64,000 nucleotides of DNA from Escherichia coli O127:H6 str. E2348/69 (GTDB lineage: Bacteria > Pseudomonadota > Gammaproteobacteria > Enterobacterales > Enterobacteriaceae), in NCBI RefSeq assembly GCF_000026545.1, contig NC_011601.1; one strand, given 5' to 3'. The notes under the pieces were generated by a model. That model searched no databases. It had not been told where the DNA came from and saw only the letters and a list, made by a program, of their open reading frames with translations. Positions within the stretch are counted from its first letter, which is position 1. Every line of letters starts with the position of its first letter. Both the position numbers and the translations under genes were made by a program. Shown piece by piece: positions 53,852 to 60,825 of the stretch.

Positions 53852-55332
53852 CATGCATAGGGATCGTACTCTGTGAGAGCCTTGCCCTGTTGGCTCTGTT
53901 GCTGCCCATAGTTAAACTGTTTTTTGGTGACCGGCGCGGCATATGTCAGCACGTAGGCGTCGGCATCGTTCGGGGATCTGCCAAGCAACTCTTTGACTTC
54001 TTCCTTGTCCTGCAAAATCTTCCTGCTGTCCTTCAGCCTGACCTTGTACTCCGGCGCACTCAGCTCATCGGCAAGGTTCTGGCTATCCAGTTGCGCCCCA
54101 AGCTTCAGTGCGTCGCGGGCTGATTTGTACATCTCCCCGCGCTTATTGCCCATCTCGGGATCCGCGGTACCGCTTCCGAACTGAATCAGCGTCCAGTTTC
54201 GCCCCCAGTTATCGCCAACTGATTTAAGCCCGGTCCCGTACCCGTAATCGATAAACACAGCATCGGCCTGGTACTGGTCCTCGAAGTCGGCAATTATTTT
54301 GGCAAACAATACGTCGTCAGTGGTGCGTTGCCACTCCCCGAGTTTCTTACAGTGCAGTCCCTGCCGAAGATAGATAACCGCCGGGTCTTTACCCTGGTGA
54401 GACGGGTCGACGCCAAGAACTACAGCAGCGTGCTGAACCTGTGCCGGAGTAATAACCCTGCCAACAGCTGGCTGAGTCAGGCCAGACGGAATGAACTGGT
54501 TTTCAGACGCATCAGGGAAGATCCCGCGCACGCGAACCTTCACGAAGTCGCTGTCTTCGCCGTAGTCGTCCACCCACTTTTGCAGTTGCTGCTTGTTGGT
54601 GCCTTCCACGGTGCGGCTGTCAATCTGCGCGCACTTCCAGCGGTGTTTGTACTTGCGGAAACATTCACGGAAACGCCCGGTGTTACGCGTCGGGTTACCG
54701 AACGCCACCCAGATGATTTCGGTGTCTTCGTCCGTCAGCGCCCCTTCAGCTACCTCCCACACCAGATCGGCAATGTTGGATGCTTCGTCGAATACCACGA
54801 TGATGCGCTTGCGCTCGTTGTGCAGCCCTGCGAACGCCTCGGTGTTGTGTTCAGACCATGGGATTGCGTCAGCGCGCCAGCGTTTATCGTGACCGGGATC
54901 GTTGCTGTACATCGCTGTGGCGGTGCAGGTGAACCACTCTTTCGTAATAGCCAGGTTCGACCATTTGATGATTTCCGGCCATGTCTTGGTACGCAACTGA
55001 TTGTCGGTGTTGGCGGTCACCACCACCTTGCAGTCCTCGCAGGTGGACATGCCCCAGTTAATCAGCATCGAGATGAAAGCAGATTTGCCGATACCATGGC
55101 CGGATGCGCGCGCCAGCATCAAAGGCTGGTGACGCGTCGCTGGGTTCTGGAGGTGATCGCGTATCTCGCGGAAGGCGTCAGCCTGCCACTTTCTGGGACC
55201 TGTGGCGTGCGCCAGCTCTGTGCCATCCTCTCCCCACGGAAACGCGTACAGCGCATAGCCCAGCGGGTCATACGTGAACGAGGCGATATCCTCAACGAGC
55301 TGCTCTTCCGGCGACATGGCTTCGGCTGTCAT
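53851..55332 (-). CDS. Terminase large subunit (493 aa)
   Basis: Walker A-like ARASGHGIGKSAF, Walker B VVFDEAS, and a C-terminal nuclease-like region. Overlaps the terS stop by 4 nt. Confidence 0.88.
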   Translation of the reverse strand: MTAEAMSPEEQLVEDIASFTYDPLGYALYAFPWGEDGTELAHATGPRKWQADAFREIRDHLQNPATRHQPLMLARASGHGIGKSAFISMLINWGMSTCEDCKVVVTANTDNQLRTKTWPEIIKWSNLAITKEWFTCTATAMYSNDPGHDKRWRADAIPWSEHNTEAFAGLHNERKRIIVVFDEASNIADLVWEVAEGALTDEDTEIIWVAFGNPTRNTGRFRECFRKYKHRWKCAQIDSRTVEGTNKQQLQKWVDDYGEDSDFVKVRVRGIFPDASENQFIPSGLTQPAVGRVITPAQVQHAAVVLGVDPSHQGKDPAVIYLRQGLHCKKLGEWQRTTDDVLFAKIIADFEDQYQADAVFIDYGYGTGLKSVGDNWGRNWTLIQFGSGTADPEMGNKRGEMYKSARDALKLGAQLDSQNLADELSAPEYKVRLKDSRKILQDKEEVKELLGRSPNDADAYVLTYAAPVTKKQFNYGQQQSQQGKALTEYDPYA

Positions 55333-55922
55333 TCTTCACCACCAGCCCGCTCTTTCACGCGACGGCGGGCCTTAGCCATGCGGTCGGCAATGGTGACGGT
55401 GCCGGAAACTTCCAGGCGCTCTTTGAACGCATTGACGTCGACGTGCTTACCAATCAGCTCGAGGTTCTTCACCTTGTCAGGCCATTTGATTTTCTTGAGG
55501 ATGGTCTCGATTGATGTCTCATCCATGTTCATGATGGTAGAGGACAGGTCGAAACCACTCAGTGTGGTGCGCCATATCTTCGGCCACTCGCGGATAGGCT
55601 TCAGGGTGCCATCATCGTTCAGGATGTCGATCACATCCATCTGGTCGATTTCCACCAGGCGAAGTAGCACGTAATCAGCACTGACGCGCAAACGCTTGTT
55701 GCGTTCCTCCATCAGCTCGGCGATCCGTTTCTGGATGCGCTCATCACGCATCATGACACTGGCTTTAACCGCTGCCGTATTAGGCGAGAACCCTGCGTTA
55801 ATCGCCGCCTGCGTCTGATTCTCAGGGCATTTGGTATATTCCTGCGCATAAGCCTCCTGCATCGCTGTTAGGGGCTTGTACTGAGTTGATTTTCGTTTTG
55901 GTGCTTTTGGTTCTGCGGGCAT
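55329..55922 (-). CDS. Terminase small subunit (197 aa)
   Basis: Start set at ATG 55922 (MPAEPKAPKRK..). Carries an HTH-like AINAGFSPNTAAVKASVMM segment typical of small terminases. Confidence 0.75.
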   Translation of the reverse strand: MPAEPKAPKRKSTQYKPLTAMQEAYAQEYTKCPENQTQAAINAGFSPNTAAVKASVMMRDERIQKRIAELMEERNKRLRVSADYVLLRLVEIDQMDVIDILNDDGTLKPIREWPKIWRTTLSGFDLSSTIMNMDETSIETILKKIKWPDKVKNLELIGKHVDVNAFKERLEVSGTVTIADRMAKARRRVKERAGGEE

Positions 55923-55941
55923 TGTTACCACCGAAGTAATA

Positions 55942-55958
55942 ATTACCGTTTTGGTAAT
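55942..55958. promoter_or_regulatory. Repressor operator, perfect ATTACC-GTTTT-GGTAAT, 20 bp upstream of terS
   Basis: Exact operator palindrome between the early-operon terminator and terS. Confidence 0.7.
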
Positions 55959-55966
55959 AGTAACAC

Positions 55967-55994
55967 GCAAAACAAAGCCGCCATAGTCGGCGGC
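55967..55994 (-). terminator. Intrinsic terminator separating early genes from the late (terS) operon
   Basis: Minus strand reads GCCGCC-GACTAT-GGCGGC followed by TTTGTTTTG. Confidence 0.75.
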
Positions 55995-56017
55995 CATTGC
56001 AATTTATTGTCGATATC

Positions 56018-56029
56018 GTGACATGTCAC
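56018..56029. promoter_or_regulatory. Palindrome GTGACATGTCAC (copy 3 of 3)
   Basis: Overlaps the stop of the 112-aa gene, upstream of the terS leader. Confidence 0.5.
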
Positions 56030-56364
56030 ACTGATAATTTAGTTTCATGCCAGCCACGAGTTACCCAACATGCCGAATCACCATCGCACGGACACGACTT
56101 AACTGGTAATACATCGCCGCATTTTACGCAGCGGTTAGCACTGATTGACTTGATACGAACACGAACGCGGGCATTATCCTGACGGATAAGCAACGCGATG
56201 TACTCGCTCATATCATACGGCGCACGACCAGGGCGACGGGCGGCGCAGTTACGCGCCAGCATTTCCATTTCCTGCTCGTCGAGTTGCAATTCCATCTTGC
56301 GGTTACCGGCTTCAGCCAGACGGGCACGCTGCGCGGCTTTGCGTTCTGCTGTGGATTTAGCCAC
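56026..56364 (-). CDS. 112-aa putative DNA-binding protein (RHH-like N-terminus, Cys-rich C-terminus), GTG start
   Basis: MAKSTAERKAAQRARLAEAG..MELQLDEQEMEMLA resembles ribbon-helix-helix regulators. The C-terminus has CVKCG..CPCDGDSAC. Last early gene before terS. Confidence 0.5.
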   Translation of the reverse strand: MAKSTAERKAAQRARLAEAGNRKMELQLDEQEMEMLARNCAARRPGRAPYDMSEYIALLIRQDNARVRVRIKSISANRCVKCGDVLPVKSCPCDGDSACWVTRGWHETKLSV

Positions 56365-56479
56365 GGATAGCGCTCCATGCCAGATTAATTAATGATTCCC
56401 AGGCGATGTAAACCCTGATTCCTGCAGCCACGCCAAACCCGATTATCATGGAGTAAAGCAGAGCGTCGCACTTGGACAT
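56357..56479 (-). CDS. 40-aa hydrophobic peptide (unannotated small ORF)
   Basis: MSKCDALLYSMIIGFGVAAGIRVYIAWESLINLAWSAIRG. ATGA overlap with the upstream stop and GTGGCTAA overlap with the downstream start. Confidence 0.4.
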   Translation of the reverse strand: MSKCDALLYSMIIGFGVAAGIRVYIAWESLINLAWSAIRG

Positions 56480-56901
56480 CACTTCACCTCCTGCTGTGGT
56501 GCTGCTGCTAAATGCTCGACACCTTTAGCCCAAATAGCTTTGATGGTCGTCCATGTGACAGGAACGGTGATTTCAATTCTTCCGCTGCCGTCGCAGGTTT
56601 CGCAATCATCATCACCAAAACACTCTGGGCAGTTTATAAATTTCGTTTCTGAAAACTCACCGGACAACACACCCTTTGCGCCGTTCTCAGCGGTTAGCTT
56701 CTTCGGCACTAGTACGTAACCATCCGGAGATACCGGAGAGTTGCCAGCCTGAAGCATGGCTGCGCGGAGTTGTTGTAGTTCGGCCAGCGCTAGCATTACA
56801 TCATCAATGACAGGCAACTCCATTTCATACAATTCAAGAGAATCCCTAGCCACACGGATAAGTACGCTCAGACGCTCGTCTGTTAGGTTGTTATTGGTCA
56901 T
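56479..56901 (-). CDS. 140-aa early protein with DnaJ-type CxxCxGxG zinc-finger-like motif
   Basis: CPECFGDDDCETCDGSGRI. N-terminus MTNNNLTDERL is paralogous to the next gene upstream. Confidence 0.55.
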   Translation of the reverse strand: MTNNNLTDERLSVLIRVARDSLELYEMELPVIDDVMLALAELQQLRAAMLQAGNSPVSPDGYVLVPKKLTAENGAKGVLSGEFSETKFINCPECFGDDDCETCDGSGRIEITVPVTWTTIKAIWAKGVEHLAAAPQQEVK

Positions 56902-57194
56902 TTTTCATCTCCTTTAAGCATGGCGGCGCGGCAGTCACATTCGATGAGTATCGGCTCTCCCCATGGCTGAACGCCGCCACTATCAGCCATTCCGGTGTCG
57001 TTACATTTAGGACAAGGTACTGGCTCCGCACTAAACGATGCAATCACTCCATCAATCACCTTCACAGCATCAGCCATTGCGTAGCCGAGATTGCCTCCGT
57101 CACTTTGTGCTGCTGCTTTGCTGAGTATTTCGCTTATCTGGTGCAGGCGATCGAGTGATACAGGACCGTTCGCCGGGTGGTTGTTAGTTGTCAT
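56898..57194 (-). CDS. 98-aa early protein, paralogue of the 140-aa protein
   Basis: MTTNNHP..LDRLHQISEIL and CPKCNDTGM..CDC motifs. Confidence 0.55.
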   Translation of the reverse strand: MTTNNHPANGPVSLDRLHQISEILSKAAAQSDGGNLGYAMADAVKVIDGVIASFSAEPVPCPKCNDTGMADSGGVQPWGEPILIECDCRAAMLKGDEK

Positions 57195-57204
57195 GGGTTA
57201 GTCC

Positions 57205-57411
57205 TCAGTTGTAACCAATCGGATTAACTGCAACCAGAACGCCGTCTGCGAACAGGTCTTTAATAATGTGCTCACACGGCTCGCCTGTTTCGTACTCTTC
57301 AACCAGGTACGTGTCGCCATCTTCATTGAGATAAACAGGAAAGATGGAACCATTGATAAAGTAGGTGCCGTTGTTATCAAGAATCTTTGCTTCTGCAATT
57401 TGTGTTTTCAT
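57205..57411 (-). CDS. 68-aa early protein of unknown function
   Basis: ATG 57411 behind GGGAGG (MKTQIAEAKILDNNG..). The track start 57438 would overlap the upstream gene. Confidence 0.5.
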   Translation of the reverse strand: MKTQIAEAKILDNNGTYFINGSIFPVYLNEDGDTYLVEEYETGEPCEHIIKDLFADGVLVAVNPIGYN

Positions 57412-57413
57412 TG

Positions 57414-57665
57414 TTAGTCCTCCCACTCTGTATCCCATTCAACCCAAGCGCCTTCACCATCAGCCTCGATAACACCCTGATTGCCACACTGCGGACACTT
57501 AACCAGGTCACCGCCGTAAAGGTATGTCCCTGCCAATGAGCGACTGATAACTTCAATCCCCTTGCTGCACTGGCAGTGTTCGCACGAATTAAGCCAGTCA
57601 ACGCGATATAACACTGGCTCCCACAACATGGTTTTGCTCTCACTTTGGAACAGCAATCTGCTCAT
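57414..57665 (-). CDS. 83-aa zinc-ribbon early protein
   Basis: CEHCQC(23)CPQCG four-Cys pattern. Confidence 0.5.
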   Translation of the reverse strand: MSRLLFQSESKTMLWEPVLYRVDWLNSCEHCQCSKGIEVISRSLAGTYLYGGDLVKCPQCGNQGVIEADGEGAWVEWDTEWED

Positions 57666-57964
57666 ATCTCCCCCTTCACGCCAATGCCAGCGGCGCTTTC
57701 TAACAAGTCGTCAGCGGCCTGAATATCAGCGCCATCCAGCGATGCGCCATCAGCCGCAGCACGGAAACAGGTTTTGACAAATTCCTTCAGCCCCGCATTC
57801 TCCGCAGCCAGAGCATTACTACGAGCAAGTTGCACATCCAACTGCGTTGCCAGATCGCTAATCAGTTGTGCCACGTCTCGCACATCGACGGCGCCGCATG
57901 ATGCCTTCAGCTCTGCGGACTGATCATGTCCGCGCTTTACCAGATCACTCACTTTGCATTCCAT
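57662..57964 (-). CDS. 100-aa acidic helical early protein
   Basis: ATGA overlap with the downstream gene. Confidence 0.45.
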   Translation of the reverse strand: MECKVSDLVKRGHDQSAELKASCGAVDVRDVAQLISDLATQLDVQLARSNALAAENAGLKEFVKTCFRAAADGASLDGADIQAADDLLESAAGIGVKGEI

Positions 57965-58025
57965 CTTTACCCCCGCTTACCCGTATAAGTTATTGATTAC
58001 GTTGATATCCAAAAGGATCATCGTT

Positions 58026-58367
58026 TCAGAACGTTTCGCAGTTCCAGCCACCACCTTTGCTTTTCGGTATTGGCTTTAGCGCTCTAAACGTGAATGGGTA
58101 CATGTCTGCGGCTACCTTGATTTTCACCCTGGCGTCATCAGTCCAGAACCCTTTCACCTCGTGCAATTCCATCTCTCCGGTGGTTAGCATCACCGCGAAG
58201 TCCGGCGTGTAGAACGTGTTATCAGCCAGCCTCAGCTTGATGCCCTCAAATTTGTACCAGGCTACGACAGTGCCGGTTATGCGCTTTAGGTGTGCCGCAT
58301 AAGCCTCTTCCGTCTTGTTCATCTGGCCTGTCTTGAGCCTTCCGAGCGCCTGCAACTGCCTTTTCAT
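58026..58367 (-). CDS. PD-(D/E)XK-type small nuclease (DUF1064-like, possible Holliday junction resolvase)
   Basis: 113 aa with YTPDF..ELHEVKG (D..E.K) motif. Position after the replication genes. Confidence 0.55.
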   Translation of the reverse strand: MKRQLQALGRLKTGQMNKTEEAYAAHLKRITGTVVAWYKFEGIKLRLADNTFYTPDFAVMLTTGEMELHEVKGFWTDDARVKIKVAADMYPFTFRALKPIPKSKGGGWNCETF

Positions 58368-58431
58368 GATTTACCTCTCAGGTAATTTAAAACCACAAAC
58401 GAGTTAATTTCAATAGCAATGCGCATATTTT

Positions 58432-58448
58432 ATTACCTTTTTGGTAAT
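58432..58448. promoter_or_regulatory. Repressor operator, perfect ATTACC-TTTTT-GGTAAT, inside the early operon
   Basis: Lies between the P-like gene stop (58485) and the nuclease gene start (58367). Confidence 0.7.
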
Positions 58449-58484
58449 TCACCAGATGTAAAAAAATGCGCTACTGCGCCGGTA

Positions 58485-59270
58485 TTACTTGATGAGTCCC
58501 GCTGCCTTCCCTCGTCTGTATTCCTCCATAAGCCACTGTGCCGGTGTTATCCCTCCCAGGGTGGCTGCGTTCGGCATGCATCCGAAACTTCGCCCTGGTG
58601 GATGATAGGCGTTACCTGAGCCTGTTGGTGGTGTGCTCATTGGTTCTGGCTTGGCCTGTATGCTGAGTATTGGATCTGGAATCTGGTGACCGGATGCCAC
58701 TTTTGCCGACCATTCATCCAGCAGCTTTCGCGCATGCTTCTCGACTTCAGCCTCACTCAGTTGTCGCTGATACATCGCCCTGCGGGTATCACACACAATC
58801 CAGTACATGACCGGGTGGCGCCACGGGAATCTCTCGGGTCCACCAGGCTGGAGGCTTTTCTCTTTGGCGTAACGGTGAAACTCACCCATCACGTCTTCGA
58901 TGCTGATTCCCAGCACCATCTTGCTGTCTTTGCACCACTTGATGAATTGCCCAGGCGAAGGCCAGAACGGTGATTCACTGGCGCGGGCATGGCGCATTCC
59001 TGCCGATACCTGCTCACGGGTACGAACACCACCTTCAGCGAATGCAGCGATCCACTGCTGTTTTGCCGCTGTCTCCTGTGCCGGAGTCTTCAGGTTGGTC
59101 TGTTCTGCTGCCGGGAATAGCTGCTTAAGCTGTTTAAACAGGGCATCCACAAGTCGCTCTGCCGTAATGTTCACAACGTTGTCGCTACCTGCATACTGAC
59201 GGTCTGATCCGGTTAATTGGGCCATAGCCTCAGCGTCTCGGTTCTGGATGGCGGTAAATACGTTATTCAC
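58485..59270 (-). CDS. Lambda P-like replicative helicase loader (GTG start)
   Basis: Central ..QQWIAAFAEGGVRTREQVSAGMRHARASESPFWPSPGQFIKWC aligns by eye with lambda P ..RRQWVLAFRENGITTMEQVNAGMRVARRQNRPFLPSPGQFVAWC. GTGA overlap with the O-like stop behind GGAGG. Confidence 0.8.
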   Translation of the reverse strand: MNNVFTAIQNRDAEAMAQLTGSDRQYAGSDNVVNITAERLVDALFKQLKQLFPAAEQTNLKTPAQETAAKQQWIAAFAEGGVRTREQVSAGMRHARASESPFWPSPGQFIKWCKDSKMVLGISIEDVMGEFHRYAKEKSLQPGGPERFPWRHPVMYWIVCDTRRAMYQRQLSEAEVEKHARKLLDEWSAKVASGHQIPDPILSIQAKPEPMSTPPTGSGNAYHPPGRSFGCMPNAATLGGITPAQWLMEEYRRGKAAGLIK

Positions 59271-60073
59271 AGGAAATCCTCCCACGCCTCTGGACTGTTC
59301 CAGTGCGGTACGTTGTTTTCAGGTGAGGTCAGTTTGTTCTGTCTGCTGATCTGCAGACGTCTGGCAAGTTTTTGCTCCCATTGCGCATGGTGGAAAGCCT
59401 TACCCTCGGCCATCCAGTAAACCCTGAACTCTGCAAGCTCCTGCGGTGTTGGCTGGCAATCCAGGTTAATACCCTGCAGAGATGACACCCGGAGAAAATC
59501 ATCCGATGGTGACCAGAGCTCATGCATGACAAATTTCCCGAATTGCCCAAGTCCACCAGGAGGGACAAAGTTGTTAATTACGGCGTTGTTGGCGTCAGGT
59601 TCAGGCGGTACTAAACCACCAGTTTTATCGCCCCTCTCCTTCTCTTGGTTATATGACTGGTTAACTGATAGGTTCTGCATCCCGTTTTTGGGATCATTCA
59701 ACTTCCCGTTTTTGGGATCATTCAACTTCCCGTTTTTGGGTATACTCCCAATTTTGGTAACATTACCGTTTTTGGGTATACTCCCAATTTTGGTAACATT
59801 ACCGTTTTTGGGTATGTTTAAAGAGAAAACCCGGACCCTTCTTGTTGCCCCTTTTCTTTCTCCTGTATCTGAAATTAACCCCATACCGATGAGCGAAATC
59901 AGCCCTGCCTGAACCGTTTTTTTATTCAGGCTTGTGTCGGTAACCAGGCGTTCGATGCTTGGATAACACAGGTTATATTCATCGGCTCGATCAGCCATCG
60001 AGAGCAGGATGAGTTTCAGTGATGAGCTGCCCGGATTTGTTTTCCATGCCCACTCTGTTGCGTGTCTGCTCAT
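59267..60073 (-). CDS. Replication initiator (O-like; N-terminal winged-HTH, internal iteron-encoded repeats, DnaT-like C-terminus)
   Basis: 268 aa. The peptide repeats PKNGNVTKIGSI x2 and PKNGKLND x2 are encoded by the ori iterons. Sits upstream of the P-like gene. Confidence 0.75.
   Translation of the reverse strand: MSRHATEWAWKTNPGSSSLKLILLSMADRADEYNLCYPSIERLVTDTSLNKKTVQAGLISLIGMGLISDTGERKGATRRVRVFSLNIPKNGNVTKIGSIPKNGNVTKIGSIPKNGKLNDPKNGKLNDPKNGMQNLSVNQSYNQEKERGDKTGGLVPPEPDANNAVINNFVPPGGLGQFGKFVMHELWSPSDDFLRVSSLQGINLDCQPTPQELAEFRVYWMAEGKAFHHAQWEQKLARRLQISRQNKLTSPENNVPHWNSPEAWEDFL
59681..59813. repeat. Origin of replication iterons inside the O-like gene
   Basis: CCCGTTTTTGGG(A/T) at 59681, 59705 and 59729 (24-bp period). 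Then CCCAATTTTGGTA / ACCGTTTTTGGGT alternating at 59747, 59765, 59783 and 59801 (18-bp period). Confidence 0.75.
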
Positions 60074-60088
60074 GGTAAATACCTGTCG

Positions 60089-60289
60089 TCAGCTTGAATG
60101 TTGCAGGCTGGCTTCGGCCATGAGCTGCTTTATTTCTGCCTGGCGGCGCAGGCTTGTGTTGATGGCGCACGTAACGCAGTGCCCGTTATAAACATAACGT
60201 TCACTGTCATGACCATGCTTACACTGCTTGCCGGTGTAATAACGCTTAAGACCTGCCTTTGCAGCGTCAATACGAGTAATAATCTCCAT
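60089..60289 (-). CDS. 66-aa zinc-ribbon protein (CxH..CxxC), possible regulator
   Basis: YYTGKQCKHGHDSERYVYNGHCVTC pattern seen in small phage regulators. Lies between the cro-like and O-like genes. Confidence 0.5.
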   Translation of the reverse strand: MEIITRIDAAKAGLKRYYTGKQCKHGHDSERYVYNGHCVTCAINTSLRRQAEIKQLMAEASLQHSS

Positions 60290-60349
60290 TGCACAACCTC
60301 ATTACCGTTTACTATTACGATGATTTTGATGCAGGAAGAAAAAAAGATC

Positions 60350-60364
60350 AACCGTATATGGTTT
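60350..60364. promoter_or_regulatory. AACCGTATATGGTTT motif, 61 bp upstream of the zinc-ribbon gene
   Basis: One mismatch from the palindrome at 30216. Confidence 0.4.
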
Positions 60365-60367
60365 TTT

Positions 60368-60384
60368 ATTACCAGAAAGGTGTT
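60368..60384. promoter_or_regulatory. Degenerate operator ATTACC-AGAAA-GGTGTT
   Basis: Left half perfect; right half matches 4 of 6. Confidence 0.4.
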
Positions 60385-60436
60385 TTATGCAGGAAGGAGC
60401 CGCCATGGTATGACGGCATTGATGGGTTCAGAGGGA

Positions 60437-60670
60437 TTATCGGTCGTAGAAGAAGAGCACTAATTCAGGTTTAGACTTTGTCCATTCGCGGGAGCGACAC
60501 GCTTTAAAAAGACCTTCCATCAGACGCTTACCCGGCATCTTACGGCGACCGGTCAGGTGCGTCTGGATGTAATGACTGGTGGTACCGGCTTCAACTGCAA
60601 ATGCTTCACGCTCATCAGGAGACAGCCCCAGCCAGTGCTTTTTGAAATCAAATTTTTTTTCGTCACTCAT
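60437..60670 (-). CDS. Cro-like HTH regulator (77 aa)
   Basis: First leftward gene from the operator cluster. HTH segment FAVEAGTTSHYIQTHLTG. Confidence 0.65.
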   Translation of the reverse strand: MSDEKKFDFKKHWLGLSPDEREAFAVEAGTTSHYIQTHLTGRRKMPGKRLMEGLFKACRSREWTKSKPELVLFFYDR

Positions 60671-60708
60671 ATTTTGCTTATCTCAGCCTGTCTATTCATA
60701 TCTGAATT

Positions 60709-60772
60709 ATTACCTTTCTGGTGAAAAAATCAATGATTATTACCATTATGGTAACTTTACCTTTATGGTAAT
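60709..60772. promoter_or_regulatory. Right operator cluster (three sites) with divergent cro and cI promoters
   Basis: ATTACC-TTTCT-GGTGAA (60709-25), ATTACC-ATTAT-GGTAAC (60739-55), TTTACC-TTTAT-GGTAAT (60756-72). Leftward promoter candidate: -35 TTGATT (60728-33), -10 AATAAT (60706-11), 16-nt spacer. Confidence 0.7.
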
Positions 60773-60825
60773 ATTCATTTAAATTTAGAAGGTTAGGTAA
60801 TAATAAATGGGCAAATACAATAGCT

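Noticed and set aside
54328-55674. 448-aa plus-strand ORF spanning the terminase region
   Set aside because: It is antisense to the well-supported terL/terS genes, Arg/Val/His-rich with no motif and no RBS. This is a typical shadow ORF of a GC-balanced gene. The same reasoning applies to 17355..18260 (antisense of upp/uraA), 15663..16361 (antisense of hda), 6242..6808 (antisense of tmcA), 19157..19834 (antisense of purM/purN) and the other overlapping track ORFs.
59681-59813. Short tandem repeats as a possible CRISPR array or minisatellite
   Set aside because: The repeats are 13-nt cores with 18/24-bp periods and no unique spacers. They lie in frame inside the replication initiator gene, the classical arrangement of origin iterons.
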